Assembly: GCA_946411515.1 (NCBI GenBank)
Contig: CAMKEH010000001.1
Location: forward strand, 98,087 to 162,086
DNA length: 64,000 nucleotides
From: an uncultured Clostridium sp.
GTDB lineage: Bacteria > Bacillota > Clostridia > TANB77 > CAG-508
Direction of reading: 5' to 3'
Positions 11,631 to 22,426 of this stretch are shown piece after piece. The translations under genes were made by a program, and so were the position numbers. Numbering within the stretch: the stretch's first letter is position 1; every line of letters starts with the position of its first letter. The notes below the pieces were generated by a model that saw nothing but the letters and a program-made list of their open reading frames with translations, searched no databases and had not been told where the DNA came from.

Positions 11631-13373
11631 TTACTTCTTAATTTTGCTGCTTTGCTTTAATCTCAAATAGCCTAATTCTTCCCAAACATTATATGCTAAA
11701 TTTAACCTGAATACTAATGTTGGTTTTGCACCTGCCCTGTTTTTGTCAACTACACATGCATAATATCTTACATCTGGATCATCATATTTTTTAAGATCAA
11801 AATATTTTGTATCTACTTCTTTTAAAGAATATTCATAATTTTGCAAAGTATCACGATTTATTTGTTTCATTAAAGTTAGAGTATCTAAAACTTCTTTTAC
11901 AGTTCTACTTACAGCTAAATCATTTACATCTAAGTTTACAGGTAAAGTATTACTTTCAGCTAATTGAAGAGTAGAACATATATATAAATTAAAGTTTTGT
12001 GCTAAATTAGAAAGTATTGTTGCTGTTCTTTTTATTTCTTCAGCTACTCCAATATTTGCAGTATCTGTTTTTAATGTATCATAAAACACATACTCTATTT
12101 GTTCTTTATAATAATAATTCATTATTACTTTCTTTAGTTCATCATTTGTATGATCTGTTATATTTATAAAATAAATTGAATTTTTAAATTCTTTATTTAT
12201 CCAATCTGTGACTTGTACAGTTCTTTTGAAGTCACTTGAAAATTCCAATAATCTTTTTACAAAATCTCCTTGTTTTTCTCCTTTTTGTTTTACAATATAT
12301 CCATTTTCATCTACTTCAACTTTCTTTTTATCGTCAGCTCTAAATTTAAATTCTAGAAGTTCTCCTTCTGTTATATGTAGTTTTTCTCCATGTACTTTTT
12401 GTATAGCTGTATTGTTTAATATCGTTGTAATTAAACATAATTTCATTTTATCCTCAGACATCTCATTTGATATTACTAACACTTTCTTTTTATGAACCAA
12501 AGCAACATTAGCTGCCAAATTCATTGTAAATCTACTTTTACCAGCGTTTGAAGGCATGGCAAATGCCATAGTTTCTCCTTTTCTTATCCCTTTAAACACA
12601 CTATTTAGTACTGGAAAAGGTAATTCTAATCCATTTCTTAGATTGTTTTCGCCCATTTCTAAGAAACTAGTTAATCCTTCATTTAATATTGCTCTTTTAA
12701 ATTTTTCTGTATCATTAACCTGAATAACAGCATCTTCTACTTCTTGTATTGACATCCTATCATATAAATTATAATCAATTATTTCTACAACTTTATCTTG
12801 GATATTTTTAATCGGAATTGCTAAATAATTTTTTCTTAAAATAAACAATTTTCTAAGATCAACATACATTTTTTCTACATCATATTCTTTATCTAATACA
12901 TCTTTTTTTAGCTTTTTCTTTAATTTGTAAACTGCTTCAGAATCTCTTGAAAAGCTAAAACCTTTTTTTGCTATTTCAGGAGTATAAGAAGCTCCTTCTG
13001 TGAATAATACACTTTTATATATGTTTAACATTTCATCATCTTCAAAATAGCAGTCTTCATATGGGAAATAATATTTTACAATCAATTTAGGATCATTCAA
13101 TAATAATCCAATAAAGATATGTTCTAATTCTATATTGCTTAACTTTTGAGGATATACTCCTGTATCTTCTTCCTCTTCTTTAATGCCATTTTCTTCTTTT
13201 TCAGCAGCTATTTTCTTTTCTAAACTGTTTAACATTTCAATATTTTTTAAAGCATTTATATAATCTTCATTTAATAAATCGTTTTTTATTTCATCTACTA
13301 ATTGCTCATTTTCACTATTAACATTAATATTGTTTAATATATTATATATCTTTTTTATCTTCTGTTCATCCAT
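11631..13373 (-). CDS. DnaB-like helicase C-terminal domain protein (RecA-fold ATPase) with long N-terminal extension
   Basis: Walker A AMPSNAGKSRFTMNLAANVA, DnaB-like C-terminal motifs (YDTLK, DKNRAGAKP), DnaB-N-like segment; 580 aa is longer than chromosomal DnaB. Confidence 0.5.
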   Translation of the reverse strand: MDEQKIKKIYNILNNINVNSENEQLVDEIKNDLLNEDYINALKNIEMLNSLEKKIAAEKEENGIKEEEEDTGVYPQKLSNIELEHIFIGLLLNDPKLIVKYYFPYEDCYFEDDEMLNIYKSVLFTEGASYTPEIAKKGFSFSRDSEAVYKLKKKLKKDVLDKEYDVEKMYVDLRKLFILRKNYLAIPIKNIQDKVVEIIDYNLYDRMSIQEVEDAVIQVNDTEKFKRAILNEGLTSFLEMGENNLRNGLELPFPVLNSVFKGIRKGETMAFAMPSNAGKSRFTMNLAANVALVHKKKVLVISNEMSEDKMKLCLITTILNNTAIQKVHGEKLHITEGELLEFKFRADDKKKVEVDENGYIVKQKGEKQGDFVKRLLEFSSDFKRTVQVTDWINKEFKNSIYFINITDHTNDELKKVIMNYYYKEQIEYVFYDTLKTDTANIGVAEEIKRTATILSNLAQNFNLYICSTLQLAESNTLPVNLDVNDLAVSRTVKEVLDTLTLMKQINRDTLQNYEYSLKEVDTKYFDLKKYDDPDVRYYACVVDKNRAGAKPTLVFRLNLAYNVWEELGYLRLKQSSKIKK

Positions 13374-13507
13374 TATAATTTCTCCCTTCGTTTTTATTAT
13401 TAAACATATTATATATTTATTATATACTTAAGTAAAAAAATTAGCAATAGCTTTTTTGTTAAATATGTGCTATTATTATAAAGAAATTTATTTTAAGGAG
13501 ATTATAA

Positions 13508-15202
13508 ATGGCTTTTGATGGAATTGTAACTAAAGCAATTGCTTCAGAATTAAATATGCTATCTGGAGCAAGAATAGATAAAATTTTTCAATCAAATTTA
13601 AATAATGTTATTATTGGTATGTATTTAAATGGTATTAATTATGCATTAAATATTTCAATAGACTCTAGTAATTACAGAATAAACTTAACTACCCATCCTA
13701 AACCAAATCCAAAGATAGCACCTAATTTTTGTATGGTTCTTAGAAAACATTTAATTGGATTACATATTAAAAATGTAATAACAAATAATTTAGAAAGAGT
13801 AATAACAATCGAGTTTGAAGGTCTTAATGATATAGATGATTTAATTTCTAAAAAAATAGTTATCGAACTTATGGGAAGACATTGTAATATAATTTTATTA
13901 GATAGTGAAAATAACATTATTGATAGTTTAAGACATATAAATAGCGAAAATGCAAATAGAATTATTATACCTCATGTTAAATATATATATCCTAAAACTG
14001 ATAAAAAAAGCTTTTTAGATTGCATAGATTTTGAAACTTTTATTAAAAATTTAAAAACAGAAAGTGATTCTAATTCTTTGAATATATCTAATAGCTTTAA
14101 TGGAATTAGTAAAAAATATATTTCTTTTATAGAAAATGAAATTGACTCTTCTAATCTAGAATATATATATAATTATTTAATAAAAGTTATACATAATACT
14201 GACTCTTTAAATCTAGAATTTAAAAATATTGATAATGATTATTTTTTAGTGCCTTTTTCAAATAGCAAACCATTTTCTTTAAACTTTTTTATTGATGATT
14301 TTTATTATAAAAAAGAAAGTATGCAAGAATTAAAAAATTATAAAAATACTGTATTAAAATTAATATTATCTACTTTTGAAAAATATAAAAAAAGATTAAA
14401 AAATATGGATTCTAAACTTCGTGATTGTGATAACTTAGAAAAATATAAATTATATGGTGAACTTATAACTGCTAACCTATATAGAATTCCAAATAATAAT
14501 ATTAATGAAATCACTTTAGAAAATTATTATGATAACAATAAAGAAATTACAATAACACTTGACGAAAGATATTCTCCTTCAATAAATGCAAAAAGATTTT
14601 ATAAAAAATATAATAAGTTAAAAAATACTTTAGAAATAGTATCAAAACAAAAAGAAGAAACTATAAATGAATTAGAATATCTAGAAAGTATTATATATGA
14701 ATTAAATACAGCAAACACAATTGAAGATATTTCTGAAATCTTAGATGAATTATCAGATAACGATATGTTTAAAGACAAGATAGAAAACATAATAAATAAA
14801 AACAAAAAATTAAATATAAAAAAATCTAATCTAACAAAAAATAAAACTGTTTCATTTAATCCTTTAAAATATAAAATAAATGATTTTATACTTTTAGTTG
14901 GAAGAAACAATAAAGAAAATGATTATCTAACTAATAAGTATGCTAAAAAAACTGATATATGGTTCCATACAAAAGATATACATGGAAGCCATGGAGTTTT
15001 AATTTTAGATAATAAAACTCCAAACCAAGATATTTTAACAAAATGTGCTGAGATTGTCGCATATCATAGCAAGGCAAAACTTTCTTCTAATGTCCCTGTA
15101 GATTATTGTGAAATAAAATTTGTTAAAAAACCAAAAGGATCCAAACCAGGCATGGTTATTTATGCAAATAACTCTACTTTATATGTTAATCCTAAAAATT
15201 AA
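13508..15202 (+). CDS. rqcH: NFACT family ribosome quality control protein RqcH (FbpA-like)
   Basis: 564 aa; N-terminal MAFDGIVTKAIASEL...GARIDKIFQ and C-terminal NFACT-R/DUF814 (WFHTKDIHGSHGVLIL). Confidence 0.75.
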   Translation: MAFDGIVTKAIASELNMLSGARIDKIFQSNLNNVIIGMYLNGINYALNISIDSSNYRINLTTHPKPNPKIAPNFCMVLRKHLIGLHIKNVITNNLERVITIEFEGLNDIDDLISKKIVIELMGRHCNIILLDSENNIIDSLRHINSENANRIIIPHVKYIYPKTDKKSFLDCIDFETFIKNLKTESDSNSLNISNSFNGISKKYISFIENEIDSSNLEYIYNYLIKVIHNTDSLNLEFKNIDNDYFLVPFSNSKPFSLNFFIDDFYYKKESMQELKNYKNTVLKLILSTFEKYKKRLKNMDSKLRDCDNLEKYKLYGELITANLYRIPNNNINEITLENYYDNNKEITITLDERYSPSINAKRFYKKYNKLKNTLEIVSKQKEETINELEYLESIIYELNTANTIEDISEILDELSDNDMFKDKIENIINKNKKLNIKKSNLTKNKTVSFNPLKYKINDFILLVGRNNKENDYLTNKYAKKTDIWFHTKDIHGSHGVLILDNKTPNQDILTKCAEIVAYHSKAKLSSNVPVDYCEIKFVKKPKGSKPGMVIYANNSTLYVNPKN

Positions 15203-15437
15203 TTTACTTCTTTTATTAATACACAAAAACAATTAATATCTTATTAAACAAGATATTAATTGTTTTTAGTTTTATCATAGTTGTATCATCTCTTTATGTT
15301 GATTAATTATAGAATTTTTTCTTATATTAAAATATAAAAATCGTGAATTAGAAAAATTCCCATATTCACGATTTTTTAAGCTATTTTTAACTACTTTTCA
15401 GTAACTTTTCAAAACTTTTTCTTAAAAATTGAAATCA

Positions 15438-16592
15438 TTATTCTGATATTGTCCATCCAGTTGAACTACTTCCTGAAAGTTTAATATTAAATTTTAGGGA
15501 AACTACTGCTCGAACTCCATTACTAATACTATTGCCAAAACCATCTGAGTACCACATCCCATCATCGGATGTAACAAAGTCAGTAACAGTTAAAAATCCC
15601 CACATAGCACTCCCTTCAAACACCTGTGTATAAGGAGAATTCAGCCAATATCTTGGAGCATAGAGTAAATTATAACTTTTACTCCTTTCTGATATTTTTT
15701 CTTCTAATTTATAAGTATAATAATTGCCTGTAACTAATATTGGGCTATCATCTGGTAATGTTTTTCCATTTATATCTTCAAATACTGTTGACGGCCACCT
15801 AGATGGTACTTTACCATCTTTACTTACCTTTCCATTTACTAATGTAAAAGAATGTGTATTTTCTGCCGGACTTGGTATATCATCAAATCCTGTTATCCTA
15901 TTTATATCTTCCACTTTTACACTTCTTGCCGAATCTGCATATGATGAATTTTTAAATGAACTACATGCATTATTTAATAATGTTGATCCATTAATGCATC
16001 CTTCTTTTTCATTAAGTTCCACCGTTCCTACATGTTGTTTTGACATTATTAATAGTTTTCCATCTTCTGCTCCTAGTATTCCCCATTTACCTTGGTTGTC
16101 TCCTATTCCTTCATATGCTGCTACTCCTGAATCATAATATACTGTATCTCCTACTTCTAATACTTGTCCTGTTTTTGTGTTTGTTACTGTTGTTTCATTT
16201 TGTGTCCATATTTCTTCTAGTTCTGCTACTTCTTTTGTTAATGCATTAAATGTATATTTTTTACCATTTGTAAAAGTAACTTTATATACATCATTTGATT
16301 CTGTTACTGTTGCAACTCCTTCTCCAAACATTTTGTCTACCGCATTTTGAAAAGTATATCCTGGATTTGTATGTTGTCCTAAATAATAATCTTGATATGC
16401 TAATTTTATTTTTTCTATAACTTTCACTTCTGTTGAAGTGTTTTTTGCAGTAGCTGCTTTTGAAAGCAACCCATTATCTCCTGTTAAAGTTGCAATTGTT
16501 ACTCCTGCTAAAATAAGTAAAACAATGATAGTTATAACAAGGGCTATTAAAGTAATACCTCCGCTTCTTTTAATAATTTCTTTTCCTTTCAT
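15438..16592 (-). CDS. type IV pilin-like / pseudopilin-like protein (prepilin-type N-terminal helix)
   Basis: N-terminus MKGKEIIKRSGG-ITLIALVITIIVLLILAGV resembles class III signal peptide plus N-methylation helix, but position +5 is Ala not Glu; uses rare codons (AGG, CCG). Confidence 0.4.
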   Translation of the reverse strand: MKGKEIIKRSGGITLIALVITIIVLLILAGVTIATLTGDNGLLSKAATAKNTSTEVKVIEKIKLAYQDYYLGQHTNPGYTFQNAVDKMFGEGVATVTESNDVYKVTFTNGKKYTFNALTKEVAELEEIWTQNETTVTNTKTGQVLEVGDTVYYDSGVAAYEGIGDNQGKWGILGAEDGKLLIMSKQHVGTVELNEKEGCINGSTLLNNACSSFKNSSYADSARSVKVEDINRITGFDDIPSPAENTHSFTLVNGKVSKDGKVPSRWPSTVFEDINGKTLPDDSPILVTGNYYTYKLEEKISERSKSYNLLYAPRYWLNSPYTQVFEGSAMWGFLTVTDFVTSDDGMWYSDGFGNSISNGVRAVVSLKFNIKLSGSSSTGWTISE

Positions 16593-16728
16593 TCTTGTTT
16601 TTCCTCCTTTAAATTTTTCTTTATGTATAAAACACAAAAAACAAGACTAAAAACCTATTTTTATTATAGGTCTAGTCTTGTTTTTTATCCTTCTTATTTT
16701 ATTATTTGTTAAATTATCTGTGTGTGTG

Positions 16729-16743
16729 TGTGTTAGAGCCGTA
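16729..16743. repeat. (TG)7-8 dinucleotide simple sequence repeat
   Basis: ctgtgtgtgtgtgtgttag read directly, about 95 nt upstream of the pilin-like gene start. Confidence 0.9.
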
Positions 16744-16872
16744 AGGCTTTTAGCTGTTTTTATCTTTTGCATTTTTATACCTTCTTTTAATTTTTATATT
16801 TATATTCTACACTTATATATTGATATAGTCAATATATTTTGAAATTTGTAATGTAATTGTAATATTTGTATA

Positions 16873-17349
16873 TTATCCCCAGAAAATAAGTAATGTAATT
16901 ATTGTTGCTAAAATTATTTCTGGTCTTTTCATTTCTTTTGGTATTAATTCTAATTCTTTTCCAATTTTTTCTGTTACTATTGAAGCTTTATATGATGTAA
17001 CATCTTTTAATTCAAAATATGTACTAAAAGGTATTTTACCATCTTCGTTTACATTAGTTATAGGAATATATTTTGTTCCCATTAAATTATCTCTTTTTGA
17101 ATAAAAGTCTAATTTTAAGTATTTTCCTATTAAATCTTCATTTTGTTTAGTATCGATATTTCCTTTTATTTTTCCATTAACTAATGTTGATTCCGCTTCT
17201 GTTATTTCAACACCTTTTGGTAATTCTGTATTTGGCGCGTTCATTTTTTTATAAGATGAATTTAATCCAACACTAATTATGAAATTTGAGAAAAAGAAAA
17301 ATGCTACAAAAATTATTGCATATATTAAAAATTTTTTTGGTGTGCTCAT
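16873..17349 (-). CDS. hypothetical membrane protein (N- and C-terminal TM segments)
   Basis: 158 aa ORF with hydrophobic ends; no recognisable family. Confidence 0.4.
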   Translation of the reverse strand: MSTPKKFLIYAIIFVAFFFFSNFIISVGLNSSYKKMNAPNTELPKGVEITEAESTLVNGKIKGNIDTKQNEDLIGKYLKLDFYSKRDNLMGTKYIPITNVNEDGKIPFSTYFELKDVTSYKASIVTEKIGKELELIPKEMKRPEIILATIITLLIFWG

Positions 17350-17431
17350 AATTATTACTCCTTAAATTTACTTAACATATACATTATACAACAAATTTTA
17401 CCATTTGTAAATTGATTTTATGTAAATAAAA

Positions 17432-20400
17432 TTATAATTCAATTTCTTCTTCTAAACATGTTGAATAAATATATCTTTTATATACTTTTTTATTATATGC
17501 TTGTTCTAATGCTTTTGAATAAAGGTCCAATTGTTCTTTATATTTAATTATTAACTCGTTTTTATCTTGTACATAATCTGTTTTATAATCAACTAAAATT
17601 AAATTATCATCTTTATCAATAAAATATAAGTCAATAATACCTTGTATTAAAACATTTTCTTTTGATGTTGTTTCATATATCTCATTTGCAGGTATATTTA
17701 TATAAAAAGGTTTTTCTTTGTATATTTCTTTTGCTTTTTTTAAATCTTTCCATATTCTAGATTTAGTAAATTGTAGTATTTTAAAAGGATTAATTGCTTC
17801 TTGTTCTTTTTCAGTAATTATTTGTTTTTGTCTTAAATCTGTAATTAAATCTTTTATTTTTTGTAAATCATAGTCTTTGCTTTCATCTAATCTTTGCATA
17901 CATAAATGAATAAGAGTTCCTTTTTGTGCTCCTGTTAATTTTTCTTCTTTTTGGCTTCTTAAAAATTCTGGCTTAGGAAGCTCTAGACTTTCAAATATTT
18001 CATCTTTTTCTTGTTTATTTTTTCTTTGTTTTATATTTGTTACTGATGTTTTAGTTGGAATAGTAGCTTCTTCTTTTTTAGGATATGAATAATTTAGAAT
18101 ATTTTCTATTTCTTCTATTTCTTTTTCATCTACTTTTTCATTTTCTAAAATTTCTAAAACATTTATATCTTCTATATCTTTTTCCGATTTTAATTTTTTA
18201 ATTAAATCTTGTTTATTATATATATTTAATGATACTAACTCTTCTATATTACCTGTTTTATAATAATATACAAGTAAAATCCAATCCAAATATTTCTTAT
18301 ATTTTTTAACTAAAATAGGATTAATTTTATTATTTTGTTTTTTGTATCTTAATATTTGTTCTTTAATTTTTTCTATTTCTTTAAAGGTGTCTTTACTTAT
18401 TCCCGTTATTATTAACTTTTCTTTTGCTCTAGTTAAAGCAACATATAGAATTCTCATTTCTTCAGATAAAGTTTCTATAAATATCTTATTTTTAATTGCG
18501 GCTTTACTTAAAGTATCATATTGAACTTGTTTATCATAATCAATATATTTTACTCCTATTCCCATCTCTTGATGTAATAAAAGATTTTGATTTAAGTCCA
18601 TAAGATTAAATTGTTTTCCTGTCCCTGATAAAAATACAACAGGAAATTCTAGTCCTTTACTTTTATGAATACTCATAATTCTAATAACATTATCATTTTC
18701 ACTAATTAGTTTTGCTGAACCTAAATCTCCACTAGTTAAAGCTAATTTATCAATAAAATTAATAAAATTATATAATCCTTTAAAATTTGCACTTTCATAT
18801 TTTTTTGCTTTTTGGAATAACATTTTTAAATTTGCTTGTCTTAAATCTCCATTTGGCATAAGACCTACATAATTATAAAAACCTGTATCTAAATATATTT
18901 TCCAAATTAATTCATCTAAAGCTAAATATTCTTGTTCTTTTCTCCAATTTTCTATTTTTTCTAAAAATTCTTCTATTTTTTTCTTTAGATTTTCATTTAC
19001 ATCTACCATTGCTTTTTTCATACAAGTATAAAAATTATCATACTTATCCGATAATCTTATTTCAACTAAATCATTATCTGTAAACTTTCCAATAGAAGAC
19101 CTAAGAACTGTAACTAAAGGTATATCTTGCATTGGATTATCTATTACTTTTAATAATGACATTATAGTTTGTATTTCTATTGAATCTAGATATTCTTGGG
19201 AACTATCAGAAAATACAGGTAACTTTAAATTTAATAATTCTTGTTCATAAATAGGAGCTGCATTTGAAGTTGATCTAAGAAGCACAGCAATATCTCTATA
19301 TTCTATATTTCTAAATTCATTTTTCTTTCTATCCCATATTTGAAACTTTTCATCTATTAGTTGTTTTATCCTATTTGCTACAAATTTAGCCTCTAATTCA
19401 ATATCTTCTATTCTTTCATCTTGTTCTTCAGTTTCTTCTAGTTTTTCTTTATTTTCTTTATTCTCTTGTTCAGTATCTTCGATATTTTCTACGTCATCAT
19501 TACTTAAATTAATAATATCAATTTCAGTTTTTAAATCTTGATTATTTTCTTTATAATCTGCACCTAAGTTTAAATATTCTTCTTCATTATAATTAATATC
19601 TCCCAGGATATTACTCATAATGTCTTGGAAAACTGTATTTGTAAATTCTAGTATATTTTGTCTACTTCTAAAATTCTTAAATAATTGTATTTTTAAATCA
19701 TCTTTTTCTTGTTTTTTATCTTTATTTTTATATTTAGTATATTTATCTAAAAATAATTCTGGCATAGCTTGACGAAATTTATAAATACTTTGTTTTACAT
19801 CTCCTACCATAAAAATATTATTTTGGTTAGATACAGAATTTAAGATATATTCTTGAACTAAGTTACTATCTTGATATTCATCAATTGCAATTTCTACAAA
19901 TTTTTCTTGATATCTTTTTGCCACTTCACTTGGAACTATTTTTCCATCTTCATCTTTTAATAAAATTTTTAATGCTAAATGCTCAATATCATTAAAATCA
20001 ACTATATTTTTTTCTCTTTTTCTTTTAGAAAACTCTTCATCAAATTCTAGAATTATATCTTTTAGTTTAGTAAGTATTCCATACATATCAAATATATCTT
20101 CATTTGCTTGTTTTGAATCACATATTAATATTTTATCTAAAACTTTTAATAATTTCTTTTTAACTTCATCTCTTTCTATTTTGGCTTTTTCTTTAATGTC
20201 AGATTCTACCTTTTGTCTTGGCCAAGTAACAAACTTTAAGTTTTGATTTATCTCATAAACTAAATCCCAACTATTTAAACTGTTTTTTAAGTTGTTTAAC
20301 ATATCTATATCATTTCTTATTGTCTGATAAAATTTTTCTAACTCTATATCTAAACATAAATCCTTTTCAATTGCTTCTAACGAAGAAATAGCATCTATTA

Positions 20401-21097
20401 ATTCATCTTCTATTTGGCCTAGTAATTCTTTTCCCCATATCGTATTTGAAAAATCATTATCTAATTTTCCTTCTAAGTTAAACATTTCTATTTTTTCATT
20501 TAACCACATTGAAGGGAAAGGATTACTTTGTATATATGAATAAATTTTTAATATTAATTCTTTTAATGGAGTATCATCTCGATAACTTGTATATGTGTTT
20601 ATTAATTTTGTAAAATCCTTATTTTCTTCTTCATATTTAGTCTCAAATATATCTTCTATTACTTCTTGTTTTAGTAATTCTATTTCTGTAGCATCTGCTA
20701 TTCTAAAATTAGGAGATATATTTTCTAATTCATAAAAATTGTTTCTTACAACATCCAAACAAAAAGAATCTATTGTACATATATTTGATTTATTGAGTAA
20801 TGTTATTTGCCTTTGTAAATTTATATCATCAGGATTTTCATCTAATTTTTCATATATAGCATCTAACACTCTTTCTCTCATTTCAGAAGCAGCTGCATTT
20901 GTAAAAGTAACAACTAACAATTTATCTATATCTACTTTATCTTTTATTATTTTATTTATAATTCTTTCAACTAACACTGCTGTTTTACCACTACCAGCAG
21001 CTGCAGCAACTAATATATTAGAATCTTTTTCATTAATTGCATCTTGTTGCTCTTTAGTCCAATTTACACTACTCATACATTTCTCCTTTTGAAACAA
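17432..21097 (-). CDS. addA: ATP-dependent helicase/nuclease subunit A (AddA/RexA)
   Basis: 1221 aa; UvrD-like helicase N-terminus (VAAAAGSGKTAVLVERI) and RecB-type nuclease C-terminus (ILVDYKTD); no addB adjacent. Confidence 0.85.
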   Translation of the reverse strand: MFQKEKCMSSVNWTKEQQDAINEKDSNILVAAAAGSGKTAVLVERIINKIIKDKVDIDKLLVVTFTNAAASEMRERVLDAIYEKLDENPDDINLQRQITLLNKSNICTIDSFCLDVVRNNFYELENISPNFRIADATEIELLKQEVIEDIFETKYEEENKDFTKLINTYTSYRDDTPLKELILKIYSYIQSNPFPSMWLNEKIEMFNLEGKLDNDFSNTIWGKELLGQIEDELIDAISSLEAIEKDLCLDIELEKFYQTIRNDIDMLNNLKNSLNSWDLVYEINQNLKFVTWPRQKVESDIKEKAKIERDEVKKKLLKVLDKILICDSKQANEDIFDMYGILTKLKDIILEFDEEFSKRKREKNIVDFNDIEHLALKILLKDEDGKIVPSEVAKRYQEKFVEIAIDEYQDSNLVQEYILNSVSNQNNIFMVGDVKQSIYKFRQAMPELFLDKYTKYKNKDKKQEKDDLKIQLFKNFRSRQNILEFTNTVFQDIMSNILGDINYNEEEYLNLGADYKENNQDLKTEIDIINLSNDDVENIEDTEQENKENKEKLEETEEQDERIEDIELEAKFVANRIKQLIDEKFQIWDRKKNEFRNIEYRDIAVLLRSTSNAAPIYEQELLNLKLPVFSDSSQEYLDSIEIQTIMSLLKVIDNPMQDIPLVTVLRSSIGKFTDNDLVEIRLSDKYDNFYTCMKKAMVDVNENLKKKIEEFLEKIENWRKEQEYLALDELIWKIYLDTGFYNYVGLMPNGDLRQANLKMLFQKAKKYESANFKGLYNFINFIDKLALTSGDLGSAKLISENDNVIRIMSIHKSKGLEFPVVFLSGTGKQFNLMDLNQNLLLHQEMGIGVKYIDYDKQVQYDTLSKAAIKNKIFIETLSEEMRILYVALTRAKEKLIITGISKDTFKEIEKIKEQILRYKKQNNKINPILVKKYKKYLDWILLVYYYKTGNIEELVSLNIYNKQDLIKKLKSEKDIEDINVLEILENEKVDEKEIEEIENILNYSYPKKEEATIPTKTSVTNIKQRKNKQEKDEIFESLELPKPEFLRSQKEEKLTGAQKGTLIHLCMQRLDESKDYDLQKIKDLITDLRQKQIITEKEQEAINPFKILQFTKSRIWKDLKKAKEIYKEKPFYINIPANEIYETTSKENVLIQGIIDLYFIDKDDNLILVDYKTDYVQDKNELIIKYKEQLDLYSKALEQAYNKKVYKRYIYSTCLEEEIEL

Positions 21098-21121
21098 TGG
21101 GGACAGTCTTTTTTTGTTTCA
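21090..21121. repeat. 32-nt palindromic element (family 1, copy E1) in addA leader
   Basis: TGAAACAATGGGGACAGTCTTTTTTTGTTTCA; near-identical copy at 46170-46201 and inverted copy at 27578-27609. Confidence 0.8.
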
Positions 21122-21259
21122 TTTTTCTCTTATTTACTAACTTTTTCTCATTTTATCATTTAAGTGCTGTTTTTTCAAGAAATTTAGTGAATTAATTACA
21201 CGTAAAATGAGGAGTATATCTACACAGATATACTCCTCTCCCTACAAAAATTTTCAAGA

Positions 21260-21532
21260 TTATTCTTCAATTACACACAAGCGATCTACTAATATACTAA
21301 ATTTATATGCAGTGGATTTAACATGAGACATATTAGTTATCACGTTTGTGGGTTCACTGTACCTGTCGTACTTGTTAAGAATGTTCATAATATCGTTCCA
21401 ATGTTCAAGGATTTTTTCTTTATCTTCCTTGGTCACCAGAACTTCTCCAGGACACATCTTGAAAACCTCCTTTATAAAAGTATTGCCTTGATGCATATTT
21501 GGTAGGGAATCAAATAATTTAGGCCAATACAT
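21260..21532 (-). CDS. hypothetical protein (90 aa)
   Basis: ORF only; no RBS or family assessed. Confidence 0.3.
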   Translation of the reverse strand: MYWPKLFDSLPNMHQGNTFIKEVFKMCPGEVLVTKEDKEKILEHWNDIMNILNKYDRYSEPTNVITNMSHVKSTAYKFSILVDRLCVIEE

Positions 21533-21694
21533 CTTACCATAGAATTATGTCAAATTCAAGTTTTTATTTATAAAATAATACCAAATTAAATCCTTGCTTT
21601 TATTTATTTTAAAAATTTTATATTAATTAATTGATTTTTTAGAATATTATTTATATAATTATTTTATAATTTTTTAAAAAAGGAGAGATTTTTT

Positions 21695-22370
21695 ATGAAC
21701 GATGAAATCATTCAAGAAAGAACTAACAATAAATCCCTTGGAAAAACTTTCTTTTTGATGTTTCTAGGAATTTTAGGAACAGCTATTGTTGCATGGTATA
21801 CTTATAATTCAGGTCTTCTAGAAAATGTTGTTACACAAGGTTATTTTGGAATTATACTAATTGTTGAAATAGTTGTTGCTTTATTATTTGGTTTTCTATT
21901 TAGAAAACTTCCACCAGCAGCTGTTGGTATATTATACTTTTTATATTCAGTACTTAGCGGCGTAACTTTATCTACAATTTTTATTAAATTTAAATTAGAT
22001 TCTATTATTTACTTATTTGGAATATCTGCTGCAGTATTTGCACTTTTAGGGCTTATTGGATATACTACAAAAGCTAATTTATCTTCATGGAGACCATATA
22101 TTGTTGTATTTTTAATTGCAGGTATAATCTTGAGTTTAATAAACGTATTTATACTAAAAAGTTCAGTATTCAGTATTGTATTAAATTGGTTTATCCTAGC
22201 CGTATTTTGCCGGAGTTACAATTTATGATTTAAATAGAATTAAACAAATAAGTTCTGAAATTGATGCAAGTGAAGAAAAATTACATATATATTTTGCTAT
22301 GCAATTATATTTAGACTTTATTAATATTTTCTTAAGAGTTCTTTCTATTTTTGGAAAAAGAAAAAATTAA
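21695..22370 (+). CDS. Bax inhibitor-1/YccA family membrane protein; frame broken at in-frame CGG 22211-22213
   Basis: Multi-TM ORF; after TGC-CGG-A the +1 frame gives the conserved BI-1 C-terminus GVTIYDLNRIKQ...HIYFAMQLYLDFINIFLRVLSIFGKRKN. Confidence 0.7.
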
Positions 22371-22426
22371 TTAAAAATAATAACCTAATATTTTATGTTT
22401 TAACACAAAGTATTAGGTTATTTATT

